A program made the position numbers and the translations under genes. From positions 43,188 to 107,187 of the forward strand of contig JBPOGF010000004.1 of the NCBI GenBank assembly GCA_051251915.1: a stretch of DNA of 64,000 nt, written 5' to 3'. This DNA comes from Akkermansiaceae bacterium. GTDB lineage: Bacteria > Verrucomicrobiota > Verrucomicrobiia > Verrucomicrobiales > Akkermansiaceae. This document shows positions 1-12,517 of the stretch, one piece after another (position 1 is the first letter of the stretch; every line of letters begins with the position of its first letter). The notes beneath the pieces were generated by a model. It was not told where the DNA came from. It was given only the letters and a program-made list of their open reading frames with translations, and did no database searches.

Positions 1-92
1 TTATAGGGGCCGCGGGGGGATGTTTGTTGAAGATCATTACTTACATCACGGAAAGGCAGATGAAGGAGTTGGACTCACGTAAATTTAAAAAC

Positions 93-133
93 AAAAAAGA
101 GGGTTTATAGGTCTGGGATGACCTATAAACCCT
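93..133 (-). terminator. Intrinsic terminator downstream of leuS
   Basis: Perfect 14-bp stem AGGGTTTATAGGTC (100-113) / GACCTATAAACCCT (120-133). The A-run at 93-98 gives a U-tract on the minus strand, 25 nt past the leuS stop. Confidence 0.85.
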
Positions 134-157
134 GTGAAGGTGTTGTGGGCTATTCGT

Positions 158-2878
158 TTAGTTTGCTACGATGTTTACTAGCTTGCCTGGGATGACGATT
201 ACTTTTCGGACGGTGTTGCCGGTTGTGTATTGTTTGACGTTTTCGTCTGCTAGGGCGAGGGCTTCCATGTCTTCTTTGGAGATGTCTTTGGCTACTGTGA
301 GTTTTGCTCTTAGCTTGCCGTTTACTTGGATGACGACGGTGACTTCTGATTCGATGAGGAATTCTTCGTTGAATGACGGCCATGCTCGGTCACTGAGGAT
401 TCTGCCGGCTGAGCATTTTGCTGATGGGCAGGCTTCTCCTAGGTGTTGGTGGATTTCCTCGGTGATGTGTGGGGCGAATGGGTTGAGGCATTTTAGGAAG
501 TCACGTAGGAGGATGGCAGGGATTTTGTCTGCTTTGGTGAAGGCGTTAGTGCAGATCATCATTTGTGAGATAGCTGTGTTGAAGCTCATTTTCTCGATGT
601 CTTCGCTTACCTTTTTGATGGTCTCGTGGGTGACTTTGAGGAGTGATTTGTCGGTTGGTTCGTCGTTGGTGATCTTGTCTGAGATGACCCAGACGCCGTC
701 TTCTAGCTGGGTCATGGCGACGCGCCAGACTTTAGCGAGGAAGCGGGATACGCCTTCTACGCCTTTCATTTGCCATGGCTTGACCTGGGTGAGTGGGCCC
801 ATGAACATTTCGTAGAGGCGGAGTGCGTCTGCGCCGTATTGTTCTACGACTGTGTCTGGGTTGACTACGTTATTGAACGATTTCCCCATTTTACGATTGA
901 TGGGTTCTAGGATTATCCCAGTCTCCTTTTCTGACACTTGCTTATCATCAATGATTAGATTTTCTTCTTCAACTTTATGACCTTTATATTCTCTGTCAGT
1001 TCTACGGTCCTTAGCTGATACAACGTTATTATTTTCATCAGTATAATAGAAGTATTCGGTTTCGCCTAGGATGAGGCCTTGGTTGACGAGTTTTTTGAAT
1101 GGCTCGTTGGTGGTGAGGTGTCCGAGGTCGAACATTACTTTGTGCCAGAAGCGGGCGTAGAGGAGGTGGAGGACGGCGTGTTCTGTACCGCCTACGTAGA
1201 GGTCTACGGTGGCGTCATCGCTGCTCCAGTATTGTTCTGCTTCTTTGGAGATGAAGCGGTCAGAGTTTTTAGGGTCGCAGTAGCGGAGGTAGTACCAGCA
1301 TGAGCCTGCCCATTGGGGCATGGTGTTGGTTTCGCGTTCTGCGGTTTCGCTGTATTTGATCCAGTCTGTGGCTTTGACGAGTGGTCCGCGTGGGTCGCCA
1401 GTGGGCTTGAAGTCTTCTAGGTCTGGTTGGAGGAGTGGTAGCTCGCTTTCTGGGATGGTTGAGTGTTGGCCGTTTTCCCAGATGATGGGGAATGGTTCGC
1501 CCCAGTAGCGCTGGCGTGAGAAGAGCCAGTCGCGGAGTTTGAAGTTGGTTTGTGGTTTTCCTTTGTTGTTGTCGATGAGCCATTTGATCATGGCGCGTTT
1601 GGCGTCTTTGGTTTTCATGCCGTCGAGGTGGCCTGAATTGATGGCTTTGCCGTTTCCGGTGTAGCCTTGCCAATTGGTTTTCTCATCGTTTGGCTGGACT
1701 ACTTGGAGGATGGGTAGGTCGAATTTCTGGGCGAATTCGAAGTCACGTTCATCATGACCAGGGACGGCCATGATGGCTCCGGTTCCGTATCCCATCATGA
1801 CGTAGTCAGCGATCCATACTGGGATTTGCTCTCCGTTTACTGGGTTGGTGGCGAATGCTCCTGTGAAGATGCCGGTTTTGTCTTTGTTCATCTCGCCGCG
1901 CTCCATGTCTGACTTGGTGGCGCAGGTTTTGATGTAGGCTTGGACGGCTTCTTTTTGTTCTGAGCTAGTGATGTCTGACACTAGTGCGTGCTCGGGTGCT
2001 AGCACCATGTATGTTGCGCCGAAGAGGGTGTCTGGGCGGGTTGTAAACACGGTGATTTCGTTTCCTTGGATATCAAAACTTACCTCTGCGCCGATGGATT
2101 TTCCGATCCAGTTGGTTTGAAGGAGTTTGATGGATTCTGGCCAGTCGAGTGGGCCTAGGTCATCGATGAGGCGTTGTGAGTATTTGGTGATGCGGAGCAT
2201 CCATTGTTTGAGTGGGCGGCGCTCTACTGTGTGGCCTTTGGCTTTCCATTCTTCGACTTCTTCGTTGGCGAGGACGGTGCCTAGGTCTGGTGACCAGTTG
2301 ACGGGTGCTTCAGAGATGAAGGCGAGGCGCTCTTCTTCCATTTGCTCGCGGGTGTAGCCTTTTGCTTCGAGTTCGGAGATGGGTTTGGCTTTTTGGTCTT
2401 GTTCGCAGAAGTATGAGTTGTAGAGCTGGATGAAGATCCACTGGGTCCACTTCATGTATTCTGGGTCAGTGGTGTTGATTTCTCTGTCCCAGTCGTAGCC
2501 GAATCCGAGGGATTTTAGTTGGCGGCGGAAGTTGTCTAGATTTTGTTCGGTGGTGACGCGTGGGTGCTGGCCGGTTTTGATGGCGTATTGCTCAGCGGGG
2601 AGTCCGAAGGCGTCCCAGCCCATGGGGTGGAGGACGTTGTGGCCGTTCATGCGCTTGTAGCGGCCGAGGATATCTGTGGCTGTGTAGCCTTCTGGGTGAC
2701 CTACGTGGAGGCCTGCTCCGGATGGGTAGGGGAACATGTCTAGGACGAAGTACTTTGGTTTTGAAGCGTCAAAGTCAGGTTCTCCTGGGTTGGCTACTGA
2801 GAAGGTTTTGTTGTCTTCCCAGTGTGCTTGCCACTTAGGTTCAAAGGTGTCGAATGGAAAAGCTGGTGTAGGTTTCAT
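158..2878 (-). CDS. leuS: Leucine--tRNA ligase
   Basis: 906 aa; [14 protein letters not shown] (HIGH), CP1 editing motif [26 protein letters not shown] (KMSKS variant). Confidence 0.98.
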   Translation of the reverse strand: MKPTPAFPFDTFEPKWQAHWEDNKTFSVANPGEPDFDASKPKYFVLDMFPYPSGAGLHVGHPEGYTATDILGRYKRMNGHNVLHPMGWDAFGLPAEQYAIKTGQHPRVTTEQNLDNFRRQLKSLGFGYDWDREINTTDPEYMKWTQWIFIQLYNSYFCEQDQKAKPISELEAKGYTREQMEEERLAFISEAPVNWSPDLGTVLANEEVEEWKAKGHTVERRPLKQWMLRITKYSQRLIDDLGPLDWPESIKLLQTNWIGKSIGAEVSFDIQGNEITVFTTRPDTLFGATYMVLAPEHALVSDITSSEQKEAVQAYIKTCATKSDMERGEMNKDKTGIFTGAFATNPVNGEQIPVWIADYVMMGYGTGAIMAVPGHDERDFEFAQKFDLPILQVVQPNDEKTNWQGYTGNGKAINSGHLDGMKTKDAKRAMIKWLIDNNKGKPQTNFKLRDWLFSRQRYWGEPFPIIWENGQHSTIPESELPLLQPDLEDFKPTGDPRGPLVKATDWIKYSETAERETNTMPQWAGSCWYYLRYCDPKNSDRFISKEAEQYWSSDDATVDLYVGGTEHAVLHLLYARFWHKVMFDLGHLTTNEPFKKLVNQGLILGETEYFYYTDENNNVVSAKDRRTDREYKGHKVEEENLIIDDKQVSEKETGIILEPINRKMGKSFNNVVNPDTVVEQYGADALRLYEMFMGPLTQVKPWQMKGVEGVSRFLAKVWRVAMTQLEDGVWVISDKITNDEPTDKSLLKVTHETIKKVSEDIEKMSFNTAISQMMICTNAFTKADKIPAILLRDFLKCLNPFAPHITEEIHQHLGEACPSAKCSAGRILSDRAWPSFNEEFLIESEVTVVIQVNGKLRAKLTVAKDISKEDMEALALADENVKQYTTGNTVRKVIVIPGKLVNIVAN

Positions 2879-2989
2879 AGTAAAATTTTTCGGGACTGTA
2901 GTGAATGTTTAGAGAATGAAAAGAAAAACCCATAGCTTGTTTGACCAAACTAAGGGTGAAAGAATTTTCGGGGTGTTTGGTGTTGGTGA

Positions 2990-3919
2990 TTATTTGAAAT
3001 GTGCTCGGCTACCTAGTCCTGCGAGTGCGCTGCCGGCTGGTCTGGCTTGCTGAAAGTGGAGAGCGGCCATGAAGTTGAGGCCTTTGGTGATCTGGGAGAG
3101 CCAGATGATCTGCCCGATGATGGGGATGAGGAGTAGGCAGATGAATGCGCCCATGGTTAGCTTGGGTGCGTTCTTGGTGTTAGGGTAGCATGAAGTGATG
3201 AGGTTCCATTGTTTTGGTAGTCCGCCAATGGCTTTGAAGAGCCAGTAGATGTTGAAAATGGGGATGAATAGGAATCCAATGGCTGCACCTGGTGAGATGG
3301 TGGCGCCTCCTGGCTGGAGGCATTTCCATGCTTTGTAGAGGTAGATGTAGGTGAGGATTCCGGAGAAGAAGATGCATGCGAAACCAGCGACCATTAAGCC
3401 GAGACCTAGGAAGCCTTCGATTTTTGCGCCGAGGAGAAACCCTAGCAAGATGAGTAGTAGTCCGCCGGTGAATAACATGGTCCAGAGGCTCATGCTGCCA
3501 CCTTTGGTGATGGTGGCGGGATAGATGCCGGGGTTTAGTTGTTCTGGGTTGGCGGTTGGGCTTTGGTAGGGGTTGGCAGCTGCAGGTTGCTGTGCTGCTG
3601 CGTAGGAGGCTGGTACTGGGACGCCGGTCACTGCTTGAGTGGTCGGGGTGCTGGGGATCATTGGTACGGTGTCAGCTTGTCTCGGGGTGACGGCTACAGG
3701 GGCTGATGTTCTTAGGGCCGGGGCTTGGGTCGCTGTTTGCGTAGGGAACAGGCCTTCTATGTTTGAGGCGGGTATCCACTGTTCTCCGAGGGTTTCTGTC
3801 CACATTTGTGTGTCCTCGGTGATGCTTCCATTTGCTGTGAGGCTCTGGAGTTGGTGGGTGGTGATAGGGCCTTGCTGGGTCCCTGCTCCATCGATGAAAT
3901 ACCAAGTTTGTTCGCTCAT
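2990..3919 (-). CDS. GYF_2 (DUF4339) domain membrane protein
   Basis: N-terminal WYFIDGAGTQQGP...ITEDTQMWTE...W is GYF_2-like, followed by a Pro/Ala/Thr/Gln linker and several hydrophobic helices. Confidence 0.75.
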   Translation of the reverse strand: MSEQTWYFIDGAGTQQGPITTHQLQSLTANGSITEDTQMWTETLGEQWIPASNIEGLFPTQTATQAPALRTSAPVAVTPRQADTVPMIPSTPTTQAVTGVPVPASYAAAQQPAAANPYQSPTANPEQLNPGIYPATITKGGSMSLWTMLFTGGLLLILLGFLLGAKIEGFLGLGLMVAGFACIFFSGILTYIYLYKAWKCLQPGGATISPGAAIGFLFIPIFNIYWLFKAIGGLPKQWNLITSCYPNTKNAPKLTMGAFICLLLIPIIGQIIWLSQITKGLNFMAALHFQQARPAGSALAGLGSRAHFK

Positions 3920-3942
3920 GTTACTGTGATTTACGTTCTCTT

Positions 3943-5304
3943 TTAGAGTTCTCTCCAGCGTTTGATTTGTGCTTTTACGTTTTCGATGCTCGGAGCGCCT
4001 GGGTTAGTTCTGGCGGCGAGAGCGGTCTGGAGGTTGAAGACGTCTTTGGCGTCTGCTCCGTAATGGTCTGAGATTTTAGTTAGGTCGATTTTGTCGAGCG
4101 GTGTGGATGTTTCTACTGCTACAGCTACGGCTTTTCCTACGAGTTCGTGCGCGCTGCGGAATGGGACACCGTTTTTGACGAGGTAGTCTGCTAGGTCTGT
4201 GGCTAGGAGGAGGGGGTCGCTGGCGGCGGCTTCGCATGTTTCGACGTTGATGACCATGTCTGCGATCATTTCTGTGTTCACGCTGAGGGCGAGGATGAGG
4301 GTGTCGATAGAGTCAAAGAGTGGCTCCTTGTCTTCCTGTAGGTCGCGGTTGTAGGTGAGAGGGAGTCCTTTCGCTGAGGTGAGTAGTGAAACGAGATTTC
4401 CATAGAGTCTGCCTGTTTTGCCTCGGGTGATCTCGCAGACGTCTGGGTTTTTCTTCTGGGGCATGAGTGATGAGCCGGTGGTGTGTGCGTCACTGAGGGT
4501 AGCAAATCCGAACTCGCTTGAGCACCAAAGGATGAGGTCTTCTGAGAGGCGTGAGAGGTGGGTGCCGACTAGTGCGAAATCGAAGAGTAGCTCCATGATG
4601 TAGTCGCGATCTGAGATGGCGTCCATGGAGTTGGTGGTGATGGAGTCGAAGCCTAGCTCGGCGGCGATTTGTTCGCGGTCGAGGTTGATGGTGGAGCCGG
4701 CGAGTGCGCCGGAGCCTAGAGGGGAGACGTTGACGCGTTTTTTGGCATCATTGAGGCGATCTAGATCACGTGCGATCATTTCTACGTATGCTAAAAGATG
4801 GTGGCCGACGGTAACTGGTTGGCCGCGTTGGAGGTGGGTGTAGCCTGGGATGACTGCGGCTGCGTATTGATCAGCTTTATTTAGTAGTGATGTTTTAAGC
4901 GCGTTGAGGTGATCTGAAATCACGCCTATCTGTTCACGGCAATAAAGTCTGGTGTCTGTGGCTACTTGATCATTTCTTGAGCGAGCAGTGTGGAGTTTTC
5001 CTCCTGCCGCGCCGATGCGCTTGGTGAGCTCTGACTCGATGTTCATGTGGATGTCTTCGAGTTCTATTGAGAAGTCGAAGTTTCCAGCGTCGATGTCCTT
5101 TTCTATTTCACGGAGGCCGGTTTCTATTTGTTGGAACTCGTCTTCGGTTAGGAGTTGGGCCTTCACTTGGGCGCGCGCGTGTGCGATCGAGCCTGCGATG
5201 TCGTGTTTATATAATCTCCAATCATAGGAGATGGACTCTCCGTATTTCTGAACTAAGTCTGCTGTTGCTTGAGCGAATCTACCTTTCCACATGGGGGGAT
5301 TCAT
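3943..5304 (-). CDS. argH: Argininosuccinate lyase
   Basis: MWKGRF N-terminus, HTARSRNDQ, GYTHLQ, GSSLMPQKKNPD. Start placed at the ATG at 5304 (ORF track begins at 5328). Confidence 0.97.
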   Translation of the reverse strand: MNPPMWKGRFAQATADLVQKYGESISYDWRLYKHDIAGSIAHARAQVKAQLLTEDEFQQIETGLREIEKDIDAGNFDFSIELEDIHMNIESELTKRIGAAGGKLHTARSRNDQVATDTRLYCREQIGVISDHLNALKTSLLNKADQYAAAVIPGYTHLQRGQPVTVGHHLLAYVEMIARDLDRLNDAKKRVNVSPLGSGALAGSTINLDREQIAAELGFDSITTNSMDAISDRDYIMELLFDFALVGTHLSRLSEDLILWCSSEFGFATLSDAHTTGSSLMPQKKNPDVCEITRGKTGRLYGNLVSLLTSAKGLPLTYNRDLQEDKEPLFDSIDTLILALSVNTEMIADMVINVETCEAAASDPLLLATDLADYLVKNGVPFRSAHELVGKAVAVAVETSTPLDKIDLTKISDHYGADAKDVFNLQTALAARTNPGAPSIENVKAQIKRWREL

Positions 5305-5504
5305 ACGCGTGTAACGCAAGTGATGCACGCTTTTTTTTAATTGCTCGGATATGAGTTTGGAAATCGGTCATATAGTTTAGGGTTCTGAAATAAAATAGAA
5401 TGGCTGATAATATTGTTAGGTGTTGATTTTGAGTGTTTAGCAAGACTTTGTGAAAAATTTCACAAATAGACTTGATCGAAATGGCTGTAGTGGTTATTGA
5501 CCTT

Positions 5505-5521
5505 TTGTCCTCAGAGGACAA
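5505..5521. promoter_or_regulatory. Perfect palindrome upstream of the atp operon (candidate operator)
   Basis: TTGTCCTC-A-GAGGACAA (8-1-8) in the argH/atpB divergent intergenic region, just after a TTGACC at 5497. Confidence 0.45.
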
Positions 5522-5541
5522 TACACGCAAATTACACCGAA

Positions 5542-6405
5542 ATGAGCAAGATCTTCACAACCCTATCATTACTCTTTATATCAGCGGGCTACGCAGCGGC
5601 AGCTGGAGCGCATCAGTTGACACCACATTCGAACGTGATCTTTGGTGACAGAGATGGCTTTGCTGTGACTAACTCCATGATTATGGTGTGGATAGCTACG
5701 GCGATCATTGTTCTGTTCTGTCAGGCGGCTACTAAAAAGATGAGTATGGTGCCTGCTGGGTTCCAGAATTTTGCTGAGTGGTTGATTGAATCACTTTATA
5801 ATTTCTTTGGTGGTATCCTCGGTGATCATCTTGTGAAGAGAACGTTCTGGTTTTTCGGTGGAACATTCCTTCTTATTCTTATTACTAACTGGCTTGGTCT
5901 TGTTCCTGGAGTTGGAACAATTGGTATCGGTCATGACGGTCACATGGAGCATGGTTTGCTACGTGGTGGTAACGCAGATCTTAATATGACTGCTGCGATG
6001 TCAGTGGTTTTCGCGATCCTTTGGTTCTACTGGGCGTTCTCTGAGAATGGCACAAAGGGGTTCCTTGCTCACATCTTCGCACCTAAGGGTAAGTTTTCTG
6101 GAGCTATGCAGATCGGTATGATTGTTATCTTCTTCTTGGTAGGTATTCTAGAGATCGTTTCTATCTTTATTCGACCTGTGGCACTTAGTTTCCGACTTTA
6201 TGGTAACGTGTTCGGTGGTGAGCAAACTCTTGAGTCATTGATGGCTCTTGGAGGTAAGTATTTCGCTTTCGCTCCGGCGCTTCCATTCATGTTCATTGAG
6301 ATTCTAGTGGGGCTTGTGCAGGCGCTCGTGTTCACACTTCTTAGTGCGGTGTTCCTTAAGCTCATCTGTGATCACGGAGATCATGATGAAGAGCATGCTC
6401 ACTAA
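5542..6405 (+). CDS. atpB: F0F1 ATP synthase subunit a
   Basis: FQNFAE, FIRPVALSFRLYGN (essential Arg), LVQALVFTLLS; first gene of the atp operon. Start placed at ATG 5542. Confidence 0.96.
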   Translation: MSKIFTTLSLLFISAGYAAAAGAHQLTPHSNVIFGDRDGFAVTNSMIMVWIATAIIVLFCQAATKKMSMVPAGFQNFAEWLIESLYNFFGGILGDHLVKRTFWFFGGTFLLILITNWLGLVPGVGTIGIGHDGHMEHGLLRGGNADLNMTAAMSVVFAILWFYWAFSENGTKGFLAHIFAPKGKFSGAMQIGMIVIFFLVGILEIVSIFIRPVALSFRLYGNVFGGEQTLESLMALGGKYFAFAPALPFMFIEILVGLVQALVFTLLSAVFLKLICDHGDHDEEHAH

Positions 6406-6508
6406 TTCATAATAAATTTTATACACTTTCGAGAGTCAGACCATAGCGAAGACGGTGGGGGCAATCGGACATAACAACAAAATAACTAACAACTAATTAA
6501 ATAAGAAA

Positions 6509-6703
6509 ATGGCAACTAAAACATTATTCGTAGCAATGGCAGCACTTGGTGGAGCACTCGGAATCGGTTTCCTCGGCGGTAAAGCAGCTGAAGCAACTGG
6601 CCGTAACCCAGGAGCAGCAGGTCCTATCCTTACACTATCAATCATTCTTGCAGCGCTTATCGAGGGAATCTTCATTCTCTCTGCATTCGCGGTTTCAGTT
6701 TAA
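6509..6703 (+). CDS. atpE: F0F1 ATP synthase subunit c
   Basis: 64 aa helical hairpin with GxGxG (LGGALGIG), loop GRNPGA and carboxylate ALIEG; lies between atpB and atpF. Confidence 0.95.
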   Translation: MATKTLFVAMAALGGALGIGFLGGKAAEATGRNPGAAGPILTLSIILAALIEGIFILSAFAVSV

Positions 6704-6730
6704 TATCTAAACGCAAGAATACAGTATCTT

Positions 6731-6757
6731 GAGCGTCGCTCGCAAAGGGCGGCGCTC
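6731..6757 (+). promoter_or_regulatory. Intercistronic stem-loop after atpE
   Basis: GAGCGTCGCT / GGCGGCGCTC 10-bp stem (2 G-U pairs), no U-tract. Confidence 0.6.
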
Positions 6758-6801
6758 ACTCTAAAACCAACTCGAAATCAACTCGAAACTCACAACACAC
6801 A

Positions 6802-7335
6802 ATGTTTACAATATTAGCAGAAGGAGCAAATCCATTTACACAAATTACTGATAGCTTCGGTATTACTTGGCCGCTTTTCATTGCACAGGTTATTAACTTT
6901 ATTATCGTGCTGTTTGTGTTGAAGAAATTCGCCTTTGGTCCTATTCAAGAAATGCTCGAGCAGCGTAAGAATAGAATTCATGAAGGTGAAGAGAAACTGA
7001 AGCGCATCGAAACTCAGCTTGCTGAGTCAGAAGAGCGCACTACAGCAGCTATCGAAGAAGCAAATAGCACAGCTAAGCGCCTCATTGATGAAGCTAAGGA
7101 TAGTGCAGCTAGTCTTTCTGAGCAGAAGACCCAGGAGGCAATCGCTTCTGCACAGGGGATTCTCTCTAAAGCAGAGGAAGCAGCTAAGGCAGAACGCAAC
7201 CAGATGGTGGCAGAACTCAAGCAGGACTTCGGTCGACTTGTGGCGGCTACTACGGCTAGCGTAACTGGTAAAGTTCTCAACGAAGATGACAACAAACGCA
7301 TCAACGAAGAGGCAGTCGCATCTATCGAAAGCTAA
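6802..7335 (+). CDS. atpF: F0F1 ATP synthase subunit b
   Basis: N-terminal TM (FIAQVINFIIVLFVL), then GPI..MLEQR and a long Ala/Glu coiled coil. Confidence 0.95.
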   Translation: MFTILAEGANPFTQITDSFGITWPLFIAQVINFIIVLFVLKKFAFGPIQEMLEQRKNRIHEGEEKLKRIETQLAESEERTTAAIEEANSTAKRLIDEAKDSAASLSEQKTQEAIASAQGILSKAEEAAKAERNQMVAELKQDFGRLVAATTASVTGKVLNEDDNKRINEEAVASIES

Positions 7336-7402
7336 GCTCTACGAAGCATTCAGCATATTCTCGAAATAATAATTTCTCAACGTCCGATCAACAAATAATC
7401 AC

Positions 7403-7795
7403 ATGAAAGTAACTAAAGACGCCGCCGCAGCAGGAAAACGCCTGTTCAGACTTTGTGCCACTGGCAACAGACTGAATGAGGACAAGCTACGCACCGTTAT
7501 CAAGGCACTCGTAGAGAGAAAGCCAAGAAACTATCAAGGCATACTAGCCACCCTTCATCGCCAGGTGCGATTGGATCTGGCTCAGCGCCACGTGATCGTA
7601 GAGAGTGCCAAGCAGCTTGATGAAGCTACTGGTCATAGCATCGCAAGTAAGATGATCTCTCAGCATGGTGACGGACTCACATTTGAATATAAAATCAACC
7701 CCGCCTTATTAGGTGGAATTCGCATCCGCAAAGGTGATGATGTGTGGGATGGCTCAGTTAAGGGTCGCCTCGACAAACTCGCTAACGCATTTTAA
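7403..7795 (+). CDS. atpH: F0F1 ATP synthase subunit delta (short form)
   Basis: [26 protein letters not shown] is the delta C-terminal signature; operon position fits. Confidence 0.9.
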   Translation: MKVTKDAAAAGKRLFRLCATGNRLNEDKLRTVIKALVERKPRNYQGILATLHRQVRLDLAQRHVIVESAKQLDEATGHSIASKMISQHGDGLTFEYKINPALLGGIRIRKGDDVWDGSVKGRLDKLANAF

Positions 7796-7842
7796 TCGCA
7801 GTATCATTTAATAAATCTAAACACTCTAACAAACAAATAGTC

Positions 7843-9375
7843 ATGAGCAGCATTCTTCAGGAACTAGAACAGGAAATCGCGAACGTAACGACTTCCGTAG
7901 GTAAAACAAACGTAGGCACAATCCGTGAAATCGGTGATGGTGTCGCTAAAGTTGAAGGTCTAAGCGACTGTCAGCTAAACGAGATGATCTCATTCCCTGG
8001 TGGAGTTACTGGTCTTGCGATGAACCTTGAGGAAGGTGAAGTTGGAGCTGTTCTTCTTGGTGAGTATCTTCACCTCAAAGCAGGTGACGAGTGCCAGACT
8101 ACTGGTAAGCTTCTTTCTGTGCCAGTAGGTGAAGCGCTTCTCGGACGCGTGATCGACACACTTGGTGCACCAATCGACGGAAAAGGCGATATCGCAGCAT
8201 CTGCTAACTACCCAGTTGAGAAGCTTGCTCCTGGTATCATTAAGCGTAAGTCAGTATCTGTTCCAGTTCAGACTGGCATCATGGCGATTGATGCGATGGT
8301 TCCAATCGGTCGTGGACAACGTGAGCTTATCATTGGTGACCGTGGAACAGGTAAAACTACCATTGCTATTGATACAATTATTTCACAAGCGAATCAGAAC
8401 AAGGCAGCTGAGGCTGGCAAACTTAAGGATCACGCACCACTCTACTGTATCTATGTAGCGATCGGTCAGAAAGCATCTAACGTAGCACGTATCCAAGCGA
8501 CTCTTGAAGAAGCAGGAGCAATGGAATACACAACAATCGTTGCTGCTACAGCTGCTGACTCAGCAGCGAACCAGTTCCTCGCACCATACACAGGTTGTGC
8601 AGTAGCTGAATATCTCATGGATCAAGGCAAAGAGTGTCTCATCGTATTTGATGATCTTTCTAAGCACGCGGTTGCATACCGTCAGGTGTCACTCATTCTT
8701 AAGCGTCCTTCAGGTCGTGAAGCTTATCCTGGTGACGTTTTCTACCTACACTCAAGACTTCTTGAGCGTTCAGCACGTCTTTCTGAGAATGCTGGTGGTG
8801 GTTCACTCACTGCGCTTCCAATCATTGAAACACAGGCTGGTGACGTATCTGCATACATCCCAACTAACGTGATCTCAATTACAGATGGACAGATTTTCCT
8901 TGAGACTGACTTGTTCTACCAAGGTATCCGCCCGGCGATTTCAGTTGGTCTTTCAGTTTCTCGTGTTGGTTCTGCTGCGCAGACTAAGGCGATTAAGAAA
9001 GTATCTGGAACCACTAAACTTGATCTTGCTCAGTTCCGTGAACTTCAGGCATTCGCCCAGTTCGGATCAGATCTTGATGACCAGACAAAAGGTAAGATCG
9101 AGAAAGGTCTCCGTATTGTTGAGCTCTTCAAGCAAGATCAATACTCACCTAAGTCAATGCAGATGCAGGTAGTGGTTCTTTTCTCAATGCAGAATGGATA
9201 CTTCGATGATGTAGATGTGGACCGCATTAAAGAATGCCAGACTGGACTAGAAGAGTTCATGGAAACTCGCAAGGCAGACGTTCTTCAGCTCATCGCTGAT
9301 GAAAAAGCAATGACTGACGGAGTAAGCGATGCTCTCCACTCAGCTCTCAAAGACTTCAAGGGTTCTTGGAAGTAA
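7843..9375 (+). CDS. atpA: F0F1 ATP synthase subunit alpha
   Basis: [36 protein letters not shown]. Confidence 0.99.
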   Translation: MSSILQELEQEIANVTTSVGKTNVGTIREIGDGVAKVEGLSDCQLNEMISFPGGVTGLAMNLEEGEVGAVLLGEYLHLKAGDECQTTGKLLSVPVGEALLGRVIDTLGAPIDGKGDIAASANYPVEKLAPGIIKRKSVSVPVQTGIMAIDAMVPIGRGQRELIIGDRGTGKTTIAIDTIISQANQNKAAEAGKLKDHAPLYCIYVAIGQKASNVARIQATLEEAGAMEYTTIVAATAADSAANQFLAPYTGCAVAEYLMDQGKECLIVFDDLSKHAVAYRQVSLILKRPSGREAYPGDVFYLHSRLLERSARLSENAGGGSLTALPIIETQAGDVSAYIPTNVISITDGQIFLETDLFYQGIRPAISVGLSVSRVGSAAQTKAIKKVSGTTKLDLAQFRELQAFAQFGSDLDDQTKGKIEKGLRIVELFKQDQYSPKSMQMQVVVLFSMQNGYFDDVDVDRIKECQTGLEEFMETRKADVLQLIADEKAMTDGVSDALHSALKDFKGSWK

Positions 9376-9385
9376 GTAATTAGAA

Positions 9386-9415
9386 AGCACTGCGACTGAT
9401 AAAGGCCGCAGTGCT
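9386..9415 (+). promoter_or_regulatory. Intercistronic stem-loop after atpA
   Basis: AGCACTGCG (9386-9394) / CGCAGTGCT (9407-9415) perfect 9-bp stem, no U-tract. Confidence 0.6.
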
Positions 9416-9421
9416 CAAAGC

Positions 9422-9449
9422 CTAACTACTAACTACTCACTACTAACTA
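9422..9449 (+). repeat. Heptamer tandem repeat (CTAACTA)x4
   Basis: ctaacta ctaacta ctcacta ctaacta between atpA and atpG. Confidence 0.8.
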
Positions 9450-9461
9450 CTTCAAAATAAA

Positions 9462-10361
9462 ATGGCAAACCTCAGAGACATCCGCCGACGGATTAAGTCG
9501 GTAAAAAACACAGCACAGATCACGCGTGCGATGCAACTTGTTGCTGCGGCTAAGATGAAGAAAGCCCAGGATCAAGCACTCGCAGGCCGTGAGTATGCAG
9601 ACCAGCTCAACCTAGTCCTCGTTAACCTCAAAGAAAACGTTGATGAAGAATCTCACCCTCTGCTTGAAAAGCGTGAAGGTGATAAAACTCTGACCCTTGT
9701 CATTTCTACTGATAAAGGTCTCTGTGGTGGACTTAATGCCAACCTTCTTAAATTAGTAAGAAGAGAGCAGAACGAGAACACTACTTACGCTACAGTCGGA
9801 AAGAAACTCCGCCTTCAGCTAGAGAAAACAGGTGAGCCAATCAAGGCTGATTTCATCGTAGCAGATCCAGTCGCGTTTTCAGAAGCGCGTCCTATCGCTA
9901 AATTCCTCACTGAGCAATTCCTTGAGGGAAATTACGATAAGATTAAAGTCTGCTTCACTAACTTCGTTTCTACATTAACTCAGACTCCTCATTGTTCACA
10001 GCTTCTTCCTATAGAGGCTGACAAACTAGCAGAGAAGCGAGACTATGAAGGTGTAGGTAAAGGAGACGACGTTAAAGAAACAAATCATGATTCAGCAATG
10101 TCTATGGATTACGAGTTTGAGCCAAGCCCAGAGGTGGTGCTCGATACTCTTCTTCCTCAGTATTTAAACTTCCAGATCTATCAGATGATCCTAGAGGCTC
10201 GCGCTTCTGAGCACTCAGCACGTATGGTATCTATGAAGGCTGCTACTGATAATGCGAAGAACATGATCGATGATCTTACCCTTGACTATAACAAGCTTCG
10301 TCAGGCTGCTATTACTGCTGAGCTTCTCGAAATCACTACTGCGATGAAAGCAATGGAGTAG
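9462..10361 (+). CDS. atpG: F0F1 ATP synthase subunit gamma
   Basis: IRRRIKSVKNTAQITRAM, TDKGLCGG, RQAAITAELLEI. Confidence 0.98.
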   Translation: MANLRDIRRRIKSVKNTAQITRAMQLVAAAKMKKAQDQALAGREYADQLNLVLVNLKENVDEESHPLLEKREGDKTLTLVISTDKGLCGGLNANLLKLVRREQNENTTYATVGKKLRLQLEKTGEPIKADFIVADPVAFSEARPIAKFLTEQFLEGNYDKIKVCFTNFVSTLTQTPHCSQLLPIEADKLAEKRDYEGVGKGDDVKETNHDSAMSMDYEFEPSPEVVLDTLLPQYLNFQIYQMILEARASEHSARMVSMKAATDNAKNMIDDLTLDYNKLRQAAITAELLEITTAMKAME

Positions 10362-10400
10362 TAAAAGATTTCAACCCAATTCAACTAACAAAAAATTTAA

Positions 10401-11885
<1,485 letters not shown>

Positions 11886-11893
11886 TTTTAATC

Positions 11894-11923
11894 TAAGGCG
11901 GTGGCTACAGAGTCACCGCCTTA
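11894..11923 (+). promoter_or_regulatory. Intercistronic stem-loop after atpD
   Basis: TAAGGCGGTG / CACCGCCTTA perfect 10-bp stem, extendable with a G-U pair, no U-tract. Confidence 0.6.
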
Positions 11924-11970
11924 AATTAGCCAATCTAAACTGGCAACTAACAATTTAAAACTTCAACTCC

Positions 11971-12375
11971 ATGCTTCAACTAGAAATCGTAACTCCAGAG
12001 AAGAAAATCTTCTCAGACACAGTCACTGACGTTTACCTACCAGGTGCGGATGGTGAGATGGGTGTGCTTGAATTGCACGCAGCTCTCGTCACTGCACTTC
12101 AACCAGGCGAGCTACGCTATGAGAAAGACGGACAAGTTCAAGAGCTAGCGATTGGTTCAGGATTTGCAGAGGTCACTCAGGAAAAGGTATCAGTCCTCAC
12201 AGACTCAGCCTATGGCGAAGACGACATTGATGAAGCAGCAGAAGAGGCAGCTATGAAGCGTGCAGAAGAGAAGCTAGCTAAAGTATCTGATGAAGATGCT
12301 GAAGAAGCGGCTCATCTAGAAACACTCATTGCTACTAATGCAGCAAGACTTCTTCTTAAGCGTAAGAAGAGGTAG
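11971..12375 (+). CDS. atpC: F0F1 ATP synthase subunit epsilon
   Basis: LEIVTPEK, PGADGEMGVLELHA, GFAEV. Confidence 0.96.
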   Translation: MLQLEIVTPEKKIFSDTVTDVYLPGADGEMGVLELHAALVTALQPGELRYEKDGQVQELAIGSGFAEVTQEKVSVLTDSAYGEDDIDEAAEEAAMKRAEEKLAKVSDEDAEEAAHLETLIATNAARLLLKRKKR

Positions 12376-12440
12376 GGCGAAGCCCTTGTCATTGGTCCAT
12401 TGGCAATCGTTAATGGTCTGATAAGATGAAACATTTATAG

Positions 12441-12472
12441 CCCTCAGCAAGGAAACTTGCTGAGGGTTTTTT
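12441..12472 (+). terminator. Intrinsic terminator of the atp operon
   Basis: CCCTCAGCAAG-gaaa-CTTGCTGAGGG followed by TTTTTT. Confidence 0.9.
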
Positions 12473-12517
12473 AGTCTTGTTCAAATATTGAACGAAACCT
12501 AGAGCTATTATGGCAGT

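Noticed and set aside
6509-6703. Na+-translocating ATP synthase
   Set aside because: The c subunit has Ile at the Gln site and EG rather than ES/ET, which fits H+ coupling.
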